A DNA stretch of 64,000 bases from Halobacteriovoraceae bacterium (GCA_963719505.1 CAVRCF010000005.1:1-64000); one strand, 5' to 3'. Shown: positions 51,291-62,836, counted from the stretch's first letter. A program made the numbers and translations. Notes: generated from the sequence alone by a model not told the origin.

Positions 51291-51568
51291 TATTTGATAG
51301 TAAAGCCATCAAATCTTTCTTCTCCGGCTTCTCCAAGAGTTTCTTCAATTTCGCGCACCTCTGAGTTGTTTGAGCCCTCTCTAGCATAGCGGCGCAGGTC
51401 TTTGAGCTGTTCAATAGTTCCCTGGGCGATAATTTCAACATTTCCATTGGGTTTATTCCAAATTGTGCCAGTCACCATATTCTGTTCTTGTTCAATTTGG
51501 CTTAAGATACTATGCCTATATCCAACACCTTGGACTCGTCCGTGAACTATTAAAATCATCTCAAGCAT
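51287..51568 (-). CDS. acyP: Acylphosphatase
   Basis: VHGRVQGVGYR, WNKPNGNVE. Confidence 0.92.
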   Translation of the reverse strand: MLEMILIVHGRVQGVGYRHSILSQIEQEQNMVTGTIWNKPNGNVEIIAQGTIEQLKDLRRYAREGSNNSEVREIEETLGEAGEERFDGFTIKY

Positions 51569-51633
51569 ATTTTATCCCTTTAAAACTTGTGTCCATCTCG
51601 ACACACGCAAGGATTTTATCATACAATAGTGTG

Positions 51634-52701
51634 ATGAAAAGACCATATCTAATGAGTTTTATGGCCATTGACTCCATAGGACAAATTTCTATTAAAACCA
51701 CCGTCACTGACTCAACTCGACCTCAGAGAGATTCACTGAATCCCCAAGCGACAAGTCCTATCCAGAGTATCGGATTTATGAAGAGCTCCGAGTTTAGGAT
51801 TAAAGTCGTGGGCATTTCTGATTCAAACGACGAAATATTTAATAAAGAGTATGACTCAGACTCCTATGGAAGCTTTGATATTAAAATCCCCAACATGATT
51901 TCAGGGCGACCAGTTAAAGCACTCCAAATTTATGAGACTTCTTATTATGATGGAATTCAGCTTTTGCTAGGATCGTTCCTTCCTTATCAAATAACAGAGC
52001 CCAAAAAAATTATTGTTTGCGACTTTGATAAAACTCTTGTGGATACAAAGTTTTCTTCGGCTAAGGAAGTTTATTATTCTTTGAGAACACCTCTGACGGA
52101 ATTTCCAAGTATTGAAGGTAGTATAGACCTTTTACGTCAGCATACAGATTTGGGGTATCAACCTTTTATTCTTTCTGCTTCACCGCACTTTTATGAAAGT
52201 GCCCTGCGAGACTGGTTTTATCAAAATAAAATTTATGCGGACAATATTCTTTTAAAAGATTATCGAACGATTTTCTCCTTTAAAGATGGACTGCTAACAA
52301 CTAAAGATATGAAAAATCAGGGCTTCTATAAACTAAACCAATTGGTCAATGTTCTTCTCATGACAGGTGTTCCAGATGAGTTGGTCTTAGTTGGAGATGG
52401 CTTTGAGTCAGATTCCTTTATTTATCTTTGTCTCTATAGTATTCTTGTGGATAGAACAGATCCTTGGGCCCTATGGAATAAAATTAAAAAAGAGAAATCC
52501 TTTAAACTTACAGGAAAACAAAACTCTCAGTTTCTTTCAAAGTTTTATCAGCTCTCTGAGCTTTCAAAGAAGAATCGCAATATAGAGATGAAGATCTATA
52601 TTAGAAGTAATAAAGATATTTTTGAAAAGGCCAAGAATCAGAGTTTCAAATTGAAGTTTATTGAAAAAAACAAATCCGTCATTCATCACTACCTGGCCTA
52701 G
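51634..52701 (+). CDS. App1/DUF2183-like HAD phosphatase
   Basis: CDFDKTL (DxDxT), LSASP, LVGDGFESD. Confidence 0.78.
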   Translation: MKRPYLMSFMAIDSIGQISIKTTVTDSTRPQRDSLNPQATSPIQSIGFMKSSEFRIKVVGISDSNDEIFNKEYDSDSYGSFDIKIPNMISGRPVKALQIYETSYYDGIQLLLGSFLPYQITEPKKIIVCDFDKTLVDTKFSSAKEVYYSLRTPLTEFPSIEGSIDLLRQHTDLGYQPFILSASPHFYESALRDWFYQNKIYADNILLKDYRTIFSFKDGLLTTKDMKNQGFYKLNQLVNVLLMTGVPDELVLVGDGFESDSFIYLCLYSILVDRTDPWALWNKIKKEKSFKLTGKQNSQFLSKFYQLSELSKKNRNIEMKIYIRSNKDIFEKAKNQSFKLKFIEKNKSVIHHYLA

Positions 52702-52830
52702 CTTCTCTCAGGGCTAAGGAGCAAAGATATGTAAAATCAAGGGATTAAGTCACTGTCAATAATCTATACACCCACCAGTATAAATTTCATCAATCCATAT
52801 TTTGCTCATATTAATTGATACCATTAAAAG

Positions 52831-53442
52831 ATGAAATATCTAGTTATCGCATTCATTTCCTCAATACTATCTTGCAGTGTCTATGCCACAGGCACCAATC
52901 TGTTCAATGATCGGTACCTGCCAACTGACGTAAAAATTGAGGTGACTCTCAACAAGGTCGAACTTGCACCGCTACTGAATGATTATAATATGTTCTTTTT
53001 AGGGGATAACGACTTTGAAATGATGATTGTACTAAACAGCTTTACAACTTTAGTAGAATTTCCACTCAAGGCCAATTCTGAAAAAAAGAAAAAACAAAAG
53101 AAATTGTCTCTTCGTTTTAACGTGGATACTAGTGATCTTAACTATGCGATTCAAACCAGAAGAAATTATGAAAATCTCTCTTATGACGAGAAAAAGTATA
53201 TTAGCAGAAGCAAGCTTGGACAATTGTGTCTGCTTGATGATTCTTTAATGAGTCCTGGATTTATATCGACAAGTTACTATGGATGCTTTGATTTGGCTTA
53301 CACCCTCCAAGAGATGATAGTTAAGAATTTGAAATCAAAGAATCAATTTGTGTCCCATAATACGACTTTCCCAGCTTCAACAGATCCTTCAAAAGAGAAG
53401 CTCTTTAAATCTTGGTATACGATTAGAATATTAAAACATTAA
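52831..53442 (+). CDS. Hypothetical secreted protein
   Basis: N-terminal signal peptide. Confidence 0.65.
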   Translation: MKYLVIAFISSILSCSVYATGTNLFNDRYLPTDVKIEVTLNKVELAPLLNDYNMFFLGDNDFEMMIVLNSFTTLVEFPLKANSEKKKKQKKLSLRFNVDTSDLNYAIQTRRNYENLSYDEKKYISRSKLGQLCLLDDSLMSPGFISTSYYGCFDLAYTLQEMIVKNLKSKNQFVSHNTTFPASTDPSKEKLFKSWYTIRILKH

Positions 53443-53451
53443 AATATTGCT

Positions 53452-53847
53452 TTAGGGTTCTGTAAAAGTACCTGAAAGGGAATTGCACTCTGTTTGAGCC
53501 GCACCGGCGACATATCCGTCTAGATAATAGATAACTTTATAGCTTTCAACTTCACAGACTCCACTTCTATCACTCGCAGGACAAGTCCTAGCTGAGTTGA
53601 TATCCTTATGATTTTTTAGTGAGGGAAAGTTTCTCGTCTGGGCACTATCACAACTATCTTCTGTGTCACCACTAAAGCCTTCGTAAAACTCTAAACATTC
53701 TTGATCATCAAACGTCAGATCCGTTATCTCGCAACTTGCGATTAGTTTTGGTTTACTGACTATGTCCTTCGCTTTTTCTTCGAGTTCACACCCGACAATC
53801 TGGCCAATAAGGATAAGGAAACTAAAATATATTAGGAAGTTTTTCAT
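53452..53847 (-). CDS. Hypothetical Cys-rich lipoprotein
   Basis: IVG-C lipobox, six further Cys. Confidence 0.7.
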   Translation of the reverse strand: MKNFLIYFSFLILIGQIVGCELEEKAKDIVSKPKLIASCEITDLTFDDQECLEFYEGFSGDTEDSCDSAQTRNFPSLKNHKDINSARTCPASDRSGVCEVESYKVIYYLDGYVAGAAQTECNSLSGTFTEP

Positions 53848-54115
53848 GAATAAAGTTTAGGGGAGGTCTGGTTTCAATAAAAGAGGGGAATTTAATTCTA
53901 CCTCTCTCATTTAAATATATGTCTCGTGATTTCTTAAATTTTCTTAATCCCTCAAGGGTTGCTGAAAGGAGGTTATGCTAAGGAAAATTACTTCAAGTGT
54001 TTTATTTTGTGATCAATATTCCTCATCTCTAGCGTTATACTTTTTTTTCATTTCTCCCAAAATATTTATCTACAATAAAGTTATTAAAAAATTAAAGACC
54101 TTTAGGGAGGCAAAA

Positions 54116-54688
54116 ATGAAAAAATTTTTATTACCGATCCTACTTTTAGGAAACCTCACTTTTATGAATCTAGCAAGTGCAGGCTGTGCTGAGAAATACA
54201 ATGAAAAATTTGAAAAAATATTTCTGCATGGAAGTGTAACAAAAAACTTAGCAGAATTTGGAAAAGCGGGTATTGGCTTATATGGAGGAGCTCTCCTTTT
54301 ATGGCCAGTCTCTCCCATTTTAGGAGCTGCAGGCGGAACTATCGCATACATGTCTTATAGGCAAAAAGGGCAACGTATGCATTTCTTCGATACACTCATC
54401 ACTAATGCCCACCATTTTGTCCAAGATTCAAAAGATGGCCTCCAAAAAACTGAAAGCTATATACCCACACAAACTAAGGGGATACGGGCCATTGGAAAAA
54501 ACAGAACACTCTTTCAACGTCTAGAATCAAAGTTATTAAAAGTGAATCCTGATCTTACAAGAGATGCGATATTAGAGGCGATTGCTAGAGCCGATGAAAA
54601 AGAAGACTTTTGTCATTCATTGGAAGGTGAAAAAGCATTAAAGACGAGCTTGAGAAGATTCAGTCGGGTTATTCTAAAAAACCTTTAA
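54116..54688 (+). CDS. Hypothetical secreted protein with Gly-rich hydrophobic segment
   Basis: GGGAGG RBS before ATG 54116, signal peptide. Confidence 0.7.
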   Translation: MKKFLLPILLLGNLTFMNLASAGCAEKYNEKFEKIFLHGSVTKNLAEFGKAGIGLYGGALLLWPVSPILGAAGGTIAYMSYRQKGQRMHFFDTLITNAHHFVQDSKDGLQKTESYIPTQTKGIRAIGKNRTLFQRLESKLLKVNPDLTRDAILEAIARADEKEDFCHSLEGEKALKTSLRRFSRVILKNL

Positions 54689-54712
54689 GACAAATAGTGT
54701 TGGAGAATTGAT

Positions 54713-55105
54713 ATGAAGAAATTTTTAGGTATTACTTTAGCTTTCATGAATTTAGCTTTATTTGCTGCCGACAATGATCTACAAACTCACACTTGGAAGG
54801 AATTGCCCGTTCAACACTCAAGTTCAAATTCAAATAATAAATTTATTGCCGGAGATTTGATTGACTCTATTGAGTTAAAAGAGAATGAATATGGCTCTTT
54901 TGAAAGTGAAAAATATCAATATCAGTCTGTCTCGTGCTATATAAGCTCATCTCGTAAATCAATAATTTCAACAGATGAAGGCGATAATCATATCGTCTTT
55001 GTCGATACCAATTCGTTTCAAGGTAAATCGAGCTCAGTCTACTCGATAGTTGGTTATACCTATGAGAAGAGCCTTCTTCGAATGAAGAATCCATCGTGTA
55101 TTTAG
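54713..55105 (+). CDS. Hypothetical secreted protein, 3' end possibly frameshifted
   Basis: GGAG RBS, signal peptide (LFA); coding-like sequence continues in other frames to about 55200. Confidence 0.55.
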   Translation: MKKFLGITLAFMNLALFAADNDLQTHTWKELPVQHSSSNSNNKFIAGDLIDSIELKENEYGSFESEKYQYQSVSCYISSSRKSIISTDEGDNHIVFVDTNSFQGKSSSVYSIVGYTYEKSLLRMKNPSCI

Positions 55106-55237
55106 TATGCGAAAAAGAGGAGTGCTTTTTTATTGAGAGAAGATGTTATTCATGCCTTTCTCGTACTATCATGGATCTTAAGAAGATTAATTAACGTTTA
55201 AAAGCATTTTCAAGAATGACTTAACATTTGGATAGAT

Positions 55238-55265
55238 AAAAAAGCCCGCTCATAAAGCGGGCTTT
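55238..55265 (-). terminator. Intrinsic terminator after acnB
   Basis: GCCCGCT-TTATG-AGCGGGC followed by T6 on the minus strand. Confidence 0.9.
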
Positions 55266-55270
55266 CATAT

Positions 55271-57847
55271 TTATTTTGTCGGTTGTTCATCTACTGAAAA
55301 ATTATCCATCTGGTGAAAGTTCATATATTTATAAATTTCATGAGCTCTTTTCTCTAGGATAGGTCTTGCGATTTCCATATACTCTGCGACAGTTGGAAGT
55401 TTTCCTTTCATTGCACATACGGCTGCAAGTTCAGCAGAGCCAAGATAGACTTGAGCCCCTTTACCCATTCTGTTGTTAAAGTTTCTGGTCGATGTTGAGA
55501 AAACATTTGTATCATCTTTAACTCTCGCTTGGTTACCCATGCATAAAGAGCATCCAGGAATCTCTGTTCTCGCACCAGCGGCTGCAAACTTTGCGTAGTA
55601 TCCTTCTCGGGCCAATTGATCTGCATCCATTTTTGAAGGAGGAACAACCCATAGTCTTGGCGCTGATTGACCAGCTCCATCGAGAACCTCACCTAAGGCC
55701 CTAAAGTGACCAATATTTGTCATACAACTTCCAACAAAGACTTCGTCAATTCTCTCTCCAGCAACGGCGCTTAAAAGTTTCACGTCATCTGGATCGTTAG
55801 GACATGCAACAATTGGCTCTTTGTAATTGTCTAGATTGATCTCGATAACAGCTGCATATTCAGCATTTTTATCTGCCTCAAGAAGAGTTTCTTCTTTCAT
55901 CCATTTTTTTACATCTTTAATTCTTCTTTCAAGTGTGCTTGCATCTCCAAACCCATTTTCAATCATTGATTCCATAAGCTTTATGTTTGAGAGAAGGTAT
56001 TCATCAAGCATATCTCTATCGAGTTTGTAAGTTGAAGCCGCTGCACTTCTTTCAGCTGATGCGTCTGTAAGTTCAAAAACTTGCTCTAACGTTAAGCCTT
56101 CAATTCCTTCCATCTCTAAGATTCTTCCAGCAAAAACATTCTTTTTATTTTTCTTCTCAACAGTCATTAGACCTTGTTCTATTGCTGCATAAGGAATCAT
56201 ATTAACGGCGTCACGTAGAGTGATTCCTGGTTGAAGCTTTCCACTGAACTTTACAAGAACAGATTCAGGCATATCAAGTGGCATAACACCTAAAGCCGCA
56301 GCAAAGGCCACAAGTCCACTTCCTGCAGGAAATGAAATCCCCATTGGATAACGAGTATGAGAATCTCCACCAGTACCAACTGTATCTGGGATAAGCATTC
56401 TATTTAGCCACGTATGGATAACTCCATCACCCGGACGAAGAGCAACTCCACCTCTATTTCTAATATAATCAGGAAGAGTCGCGTGAGTTGTTACATCTGT
56501 TGGCTTTGGATAAGCGGCTGTGTGACAAAAAGATTGAAAAACAAAATCAGAATTAAACTTTAAACAGGCAAGTTCAGTCATTTCACTGGCCGTCATAGGT
56601 CCGGTTGTATCTTGTGATCCAACTGTCGTCATCTTTGGAAGACAAGCCGTTCCAGGAAGAATACCTTCCACGCCACAAGCTTTCCCTACCATTTTTTGGG
56701 CAAGTGTAAATCCTTGACCTTTTGCTGGTTTATTAATTCTTGGATTGGCAAAAATTCCAGACTCTTCGATTGCACTCATTTTTAGTTCAGCTCTGGCTTT
56801 TGTCGTCAGCATTTTTCCAATAATTAATGGAACACGTCCACCAGCTCTATACTCATCTAGGATTGTTGGTGGATTGAGATCGTAACTTGTGATCTCAGAT
56901 CCTTTATCATCAAGGATTTTTCCTTCAAGAGGTTTTACTTCAATGATCATTCCCGTTTCAAGTTTTGATACATCGGCTTGAATGGGAAGAGCGCCTGAAT
57001 CTTCAGCTGTGTTGAAAAAGATTGGAGCAATGGTATCGCCAATAATAACACCACCGTTTCTTTTATTTGGTACATGTGGAATATCGTCACCGATATGCCA
57101 AATAAGTGAGTTACAAGCGGACTTTCTAGAAGATCCTGTTCCGACAACATCACCGACAAAAGTCACTGGTAGTTTAAATTTTTCTTTTAAATCAGAAATT
57201 TCTTTTGGACCATTTGGAAACACTGATCCACCCATAACATTTCCGTGAAGAGGAATATCATCTCTTGTAAAAGCAAAAGGAGCGGGTGAGAAGTCGTCTG
57301 TGTTAATTTCACCTGCAACTTTATAAACAACAGTTTTAATTGATGCTGGAACTTTTTCTTTATTAGTGAACCATTCAGCATTCGCCCAAGAAGTTAAAAC
57401 ATCTTTTGCATTGGTATTTCCTGAATCAGCTAATTTTTTTATATCATCAAAAACGTTCACAGAGAGAACCATATTTTCAAGTTCTTTTGCCGCAAGTTTT
57501 GCCAGCTTCTCATCTGAAGAGCTTAAAGCATCAACAAGACCTTGAAGGTTGTATCCTCCAATCATGGTTCCTAAAAGCTCAATGGCATATTCTTTTGAAA
57601 TAAGAGAACAAGTGAATGTTCCTTTAACAATACCGGTTAAAAATCCTGCTTTGACTTGGGCCGCTGGATCAACGCCTGGATTAACTCTGTCTTTTAAAAG
57701 AGCTAATAATTCTTTCGAGCGATCATGATTATTGGTGAGCATCTCGACAACTTGCTCCGTTTGAGTTTTTGTTAAAGCAAGTGGTGGAATACCTTCCTCA
57801 GCACGTGCGGCAACATGGCTTTCATAATCTTTGAAAAAATCCGTCAT
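55271..57847 (-). CDS. acnB: Aconitate hydratase 2
   Basis: [48 protein letters not shown]. Confidence 0.98.
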   Translation of the reverse strand: MTDFFKDYESHVAARAEEGIPPLALTKTQTEQVVEMLTNNHDRSKELLALLKDRVNPGVDPAAQVKAGFLTGIVKGTFTCSLISKEYAIELLGTMIGGYNLQGLVDALSSSDEKLAKLAAKELENMVLSVNVFDDIKKLADSGNTNAKDVLTSWANAEWFTNKEKVPASIKTVVYKVAGEINTDDFSPAPFAFTRDDIPLHGNVMGGSVFPNGPKEISDLKEKFKLPVTFVGDVVGTGSSRKSACNSLIWHIGDDIPHVPNKRNGGVIIGDTIAPIFFNTAEDSGALPIQADVSKLETGMIIEVKPLEGKILDDKGSEITSYDLNPPTILDEYRAGGRVPLIIGKMLTTKARAELKMSAIEESGIFANPRINKPAKGQGFTLAQKMVGKACGVEGILPGTACLPKMTTVGSQDTTGPMTASEMTELACLKFNSDFVFQSFCHTAAYPKPTDVTTHATLPDYIRNRGGVALRPGDGVIHTWLNRMLIPDTVGTGGDSHTRYPMGISFPAGSGLVAFAAALGVMPLDMPESVLVKFSGKLQPGITLRDAVNMIPYAAIEQGLMTVEKKNKKNVFAGRILEMEGIEGLTLEQVFELTDASAERSAAASTYKLDRDMLDEYLLSNIKLMESMIENGFGDASTLERRIKDVKKWMKEETLLEADKNAEYAAVIEINLDNYKEPIVACPNDPDDVKLLSAVAGERIDEVFVGSCMTNIGHFRALGEVLDGAGQSAPRLWVVPPSKMDADQLAREGYYAKFAAAGARTEIPGCSLCMGNQARVKDDTNVFSTSTRNFNNRMGKGAQVYLGSAELAAVCAMKGKLPTVAEYMEIARPILEKRAHEIYKYMNFHQMDNFSVDEQPTK

Positions 57848-57945
57848 AACATTCCTTTTGACTCAAGTAGTAATAATTTAAATGATAATTTGAGACAGTA
57901 TAGCTGAAAAATCCCAAATAATAAACTGGAACCGTTGATATTGAC

Positions 57946-57973
57946 TCATGTCGCTAAGAGTTTTTGTCGATAG
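57946..57973 (+). promoter_or_regulatory. Sigma-28-like promoter ending 6 nt before ATG
   Basis: TCAT-N16-GTCGATAG. Confidence 0.4.
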
Positions 57974-57979
57974 GAAACT

Positions 57980-58669
57980 ATGAGTAAAAAGAAAATCATT
58001 CTCATATTTTTTATTATTAGTGGAGCAATTTGGTTTATTGTCAGTGATAATGAATCTTTTGAATCTAATTCATTTACTTCAACTTATAAAAAACAAAAAG
58101 CTAAAAGAGAAATTAGTTCAACACCGATAAAAAAGACTGTTTCAAAAAATAACAAGAGGCTCTTGGCCACCACTCCAATTGTTACCTATAAAAGTGAACA
58201 AAAACTCGTGGATAGAAAAATTACATCCACCTCTAAGATTAAAAAAATTTCGAATAAACCTGCACGCACAGTGGGGGATCATCTTATTTTAGAGAACTAT
58301 TTCGCCGTTATTGACTCTAAAGAAAATAGACAGAGGTTTGATAAGTTTGAAAGAAAACTTGGATACCTTTTTGTCCGTGGGCAGATGAAGCCGATGGATG
58401 CAGTGGTTGTCACTCAAAATAAAGATTCTGGGGCCCTTGGGATTATGACGGGTGTTCTCACGGTGAAGCTCTATGATTTTTCTGAATACCAAAATCTTAT
58501 CGATCACTCCAATTTTTCCATCTCTCAGCTCTACGACCATATAAAAGTTGTCCACTACAGGATTGACTCCAGTGAGCTGGCCATCTCAACTTATGAAAGT
58601 TTAAAGGGTCATCCCAATATCCAAAGAATGTCTTTGGAGATACTTGAGTATTCACGTTTCCATAGATAG
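57980..58669 (+). CDS. Membrane-anchored protein, putative external chaperone of the downstream S8 protease
   Basis: N-terminal TM helix; NKDSGALGIMTGVLTVKL resembles the ASP ORF2-type chaperone as I recall it; basic C-terminus. Confidence 0.55.
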   Translation: MSKKKIILIFFIISGAIWFIVSDNESFESNSFTSTYKKQKAKREISSTPIKKTVSKNNKRLLATTPIVTYKSEQKLVDRKITSTSKIKKISNKPARTVGDHLILENYFAVIDSKENRQRFDKFERKLGYLFVRGQMKPMDAVVVTQNKDSGALGIMTGVLTVKLYDFSEYQNLIDHSNFSISQLYDHIKVVHYRIDSSELAISTYESLKGHPNIQRMSLEILEYSRFHR

Positions 58670-58816
58670 TGGGCGATTTTCAACACCTTGGTTTACAAGC
58701 TTTTTTTATCCTTTCTTTTTGATAGGTAAGCTATTGAAATTAAAGCGTTTTATTTAGTCTTTTTAATCCTCAAGTTTACCCCCAATTATGACGTAAAATA
58801 GATAAAGGAAAAGGAT

Positions 58817-60821
58817 TTGCTTTTGAGAATTTTGTCACTATTACTACTTTGCTTCTTTGGCTTCGTGTATCAGTCAGACTGAGTCTGGTTCAAAATTGTC
58901 TGATGCTGAAAAAAATCCTGATACCTATTCTCCTAGTAGCTCAATTATTTATTCAGCTGATTATATTATTAACGAATATCAACAACATCTTATTCCAACG
59001 GCCCAAGAGGTAATTGGGCAGTCTCTTCCATCAAATACTCGTTTTAGAATAATTCAAGGACCACAGTGGTTGGAAGTTGATGAACTAAGCGGAGAGATAA
59101 CAATCGACTCAATTTCTAATCAGGCACCTGTGAACTTTAAACTAGAGGCCTATAACTTTATCAATCCTTTTGATTCAGTTGCAAGTCCAACAAAAACTAT
59201 TGGTGTTAACGGAGATCCTCTTCGTTATCAGCAGTGGCATATTCAAAATGATGGATCAATAAAAACCTATTCTTTACGAGATGGGGAAGCTGATGTGGAC
59301 TTAAATCTTTCAGACGTTTACAAAGCGGGTATCACCGGAAGTGGTGTGAAGATCGCGATTAGTGATAGTGGTGGAGAAGTTAATCACGATGACTTTGTGG
59401 GAAATATTCTTGCGGGAGTGCACAGAGACTATACTCTTGATCCTCCTTATATCGGAAAGCCAACTCCCACGAATGCTCACGGAACTGCTGTGGGAGGTAT
59501 TATTGCCGCTCGTGGATGGAATAATAAAGGAGTCTCAGGTGTTGCACCTTTTGGAAAGCTTGGTTTCTTTCAGTTTTTAGAATCAAGTCAATCCGCTTCC
59601 ATTTTAATTAATCAGGCCAGTGGAGACTTTGACATCTTTAACTACTCTTACGGCGATACTCTTTTATTTGATACAAAAAGTGATGAGAACTATCTTGATC
59701 ATATAAAATACCAGTCTCTTTACAATAGAAAATTTTATCTCAAAGCTGCTGGCAATGAATATGCTTTGAGTAGTGGAAACCTGTGTGCTCCTCATAATGC
59801 GAATGCACCTTTTGAAAATGAATCTCCTTATATGTTGACCATAGGCGCGGTTAACGCCAAAGGTGTAAAAGCTAGTTATGCAAATGTTGGGAGTAATATT
59901 TGGGTGACTGCTCCAGGTGGAGAATACGGAGGACTTGATCCTGCTATTTTAACCACTGATCTTCCCACTTGTTTTAAAGGTTACTCTGCTGCGGGAAGCT
60001 TTCAAGTGAATGACTTTGAATACGGGCATCACGAAAATATAAACTGTCACTACTCTTCAGTTATGAATGGTACAAGTGCTGCTGCTCCAATGGTCAGCGG
60101 TGTTATCGCTCTCATCTTAGAGGCGAATCCTTCTTTATCTTATAGAGAGGTGAAACATATTCTTGCTATGACCAGTAGAAAAGTTGATCCCACACATGGA
60201 TCCACGACTAGTCATCCCTCGACAACATTTTTGGACTGTACAGATTTAAGTCTCTCCGGTCACGAATACGAACAAGGATGGAAGCAAAATGGTGCTGACG
60301 TCTGGTTTAATAATTTTTACGGCTTTGGCCTGGTTGATGCTGCAAGTGCCGTTTCCTTGGCCACAAATTTTAATCAACCAGCTCTTGATACTCTTGAGTG
60401 GCTTCCTATGACGGCTCCTCAGGTCGAGACCAATCCTAATTTTGAAACAGGGGCTTACTCCACAAATACGACACCTCTTGCGATTCCAGATAATAGTGCT
60501 GCGGGGATTTCAAAGACAATGGATATAAATTACAGTGGAGATTTAAACCTAGAGTCATTAACACTGGAAATTGATGTTACTCATGGAAGAAGTGGACAGC
60601 TTGGAGTTGAAATTACATCGCCTGCGGGAACGAAAAGTATTCTTTTAAATGTTAATAATAGTTTTATTCTCGATAACGATCAAAACTTAAAAATGAAACT
60701 TACAAGTCACGCTTTTTATGGTGAAAAGCTAAATGGAACGTGGAGTGTAAAAGTTATCGATGGACTCGAAGGTCAAGTCGGAGCATTTAATAAAGCTGTT
60801 GTGAACTTCATCGGTCATTAA
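58817..60821 (+). CDS. Kexin-like S8 serine protease with P-domain, lipoprotein; 1-bp frameshift in the signal peptide
   Basis: ISDSG, AHGTAV, KAAGN, NGTSAAAP triad, P-domain; TTG 58817 MLLRILSLLLLCF joins LAS-C if one T at about 58856 is removed. Confidence 0.9.
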
Positions 60822-62830
60822 AGAGAACCAGGCGTTCTTTTCTTTTTTCCTAAGATATTTATTTTGAGCTTTCCACCGACATAAAAATTTGTTCTTTCAA
60901 TATCGTAGGTTAGCGTTCCTCCAGCTTCAAAGGCACCTTTTTTTACCCCAAACATGAGACTTGTTTGTTCATTAACGGGTAGAAGGTTAGTTGAGATATC
61001 GCTGTTAAACCCTTTGTTGGGTAAGGTGTAGTCAATATTAATAAAGTGATCTGGTCCATTGGTGGTGGTTGAGATTTGATAAGAGGTAAAGACATTATAG
61101 AGTCCACCCACCTGAGTTGAAACTAATCCAGCACCAGTTGAAAAAGTGTCATTATTAATTTTTTTATCAAAGCGTGCTTGTGCTTCAATGACATTTGTTG
61201 TCATCTTGAGGTTGCTTGGAGTGTTGGGAAAATCATAAATAGAACGCTGTTCCTTGAGGCCCACGGCATTGGTAACCTTCACTGATGATGAGAGGCTCGA
61301 TGAGTTTCCCGTTTTTATTTTTGTCGATAGACCAAGTTGGGTTTGAAGGTTTCCATCTGCTGAGCTTTCATCTTGTCTTTTGACAAAGTCGGCGTTGAAG
61401 TTTAGGCCAGCATTTGCTTGCACCTTTACCTTCTCACTTGAGATAAGATTTTTATGAAGGCCTTTATAATAATTAAAACGCATAAACATGAATTTATTTT
61501 CATTCACACTCTGATCCGTTGAAACTAAACTTGTTGATAAGGATAAATTGCTTTCATTTCCAAACCTTTTTGGATCTGTGACATGACCAAAGCCATCAGT
61601 ATTTTGGCTTCTTTGTTTGTAGACAGCTATTGAGAAAATATCTGTTGGCGCCTGGTCTTCATTTTGTAAAGATCCTTGGAGAAGACGAACTCCTTGGGCG
61701 ATATCGATTGTCTTAGTTTTATCACCTTTTGTTTTGGTGATAGTGCTTTCATGTCTAAAATCAATATCATTGGTGAGACCAGCATTTGTTTGAGGGATAT
61801 TCGCTCTTTGATGATCCATGGTATGAGCTTGTTCTATAAATCTTCCAAGAGCTTTTGGAAGAGTCGCCACGTGCTCGGCTTGACCAGAGGTTGAGTCAGA
61901 AGTATTTTTAAAGATTCTGACATTGGCCCCAATATTATCAAATCCACCCATAGCGCTATTTCTTGGAAGAATGGAGTCAACACCCGTGATGTCTTCAATC
62001 TTAGTTGCTTGAAAATAATTAATCACAAAGGCTTTATTGGGATCTTCTTTGCTGACGGCAAAGTTGTAAACATGTTGGCCTCCAGTGGTGACATAACTAG
62101 CTGTGAAGTATTCATACTTGTCTGCTCTTGCGGCTTCTCCCATGAGGACAGTGGCAAAGTGCACATCTCCACAAATTCCACCCCAATTTTCAACATCACC
62201 GGCATTAGCTAAAGCTTGTCGGTCTTCTGTTATTTGAGAAAAAAAGTCATCAACACCCTGTTCGTTGGGATCAAAATTGGCCTTGGCAAAATTATAGGGA
62301 AGTCTTGTTGTCATCTCTGAGAGATAACTAAAGTATTCATCTTCGTTCATCCCTTGTGTTTGCATTTTAACGAGTTCTTGTAATTGAGTGGCCGACTGGG
62401 CTTCTCTCAACTGGCCATAGAAATTATCATAATCACTGGCCGGAAGACTTGAGACAAGCTCTTGGTACTTTGGCTCTCTTACACTTTGAGAAACTTCTGT
62501 GGAACTAATAATAACCCAACCGTGATTTTTCTTGGTCCTTGTCCTCTTTTTTGGTGGATCAATTTGAGAACTTAAATCATTTTCGGCGCAAAGGGAGAGT
62601 TGGTTCTGTGGATCAGAGGCGACTTCAACCGAGTCAATCAGTTGGCTATTTTCTTTTATAAGTCGCAAAGTATCCTGAGAGAGATTTCCTTCTTTCATAT
62701 CAACTTGAACGCTTTGATGGATAAATTGATCGTTGATAAACGTCTGATTATCTGCGAGCTCTACCAAACCTGAAGCAAATGCACAGGGGGTGGATAAAAA
62801 GGCCAAAATATAGAGTTTACCTATTCTCAT
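60818..62830 (-). CDS. Secreted protein with transglutaminase-like Cys-His-Asn motif and beta-rich C-terminal half
   Basis: Signal peptide (AFA), GICGD..QHV..INY, amphipathic strands. Confidence 0.65.
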   Translation of the reverse strand: MRIGKLYILAFLSTPCAFASGLVELADNQTFINDQFIHQSVQVDMKEGNLSQDTLRLIKENSQLIDSVEVASDPQNQLSLCAENDLSSQIDPPKKRTRTKKNHGWVIISSTEVSQSVREPKYQELVSSLPASDYDNFYGQLREAQSATQLQELVKMQTQGMNEDEYFSYLSEMTTRLPYNFAKANFDPNEQGVDDFFSQITEDRQALANAGDVENWGGICGDVHFATVLMGEAARADKYEYFTASYVTTGGQHVYNFAVSKEDPNKAFVINYFQATKIEDITGVDSILPRNSAMGGFDNIGANVRIFKNTSDSTSGQAEHVATLPKALGRFIEQAHTMDHQRANIPQTNAGLTNDIDFRHESTITKTKGDKTKTIDIAQGVRLLQGSLQNEDQAPTDIFSIAVYKQRSQNTDGFGHVTDPKRFGNESNLSLSTSLVSTDQSVNENKFMFMRFNYYKGLHKNLISSEKVKVQANAGLNFNADFVKRQDESSADGNLQTQLGLSTKIKTGNSSSLSSSVKVTNAVGLKEQRSIYDFPNTPSNLKMTTNVIEAQARFDKKINNDTFSTGAGLVSTQVGGLYNVFTSYQISTTTNGPDHFINIDYTLPNKGFNSDISTNLLPVNEQTSLMFGVKKGAFEAGGTLTYDIERTNFYVGGKLKINILGKKKRTPGSL

Positions 62831-62836
62831 AATAGA

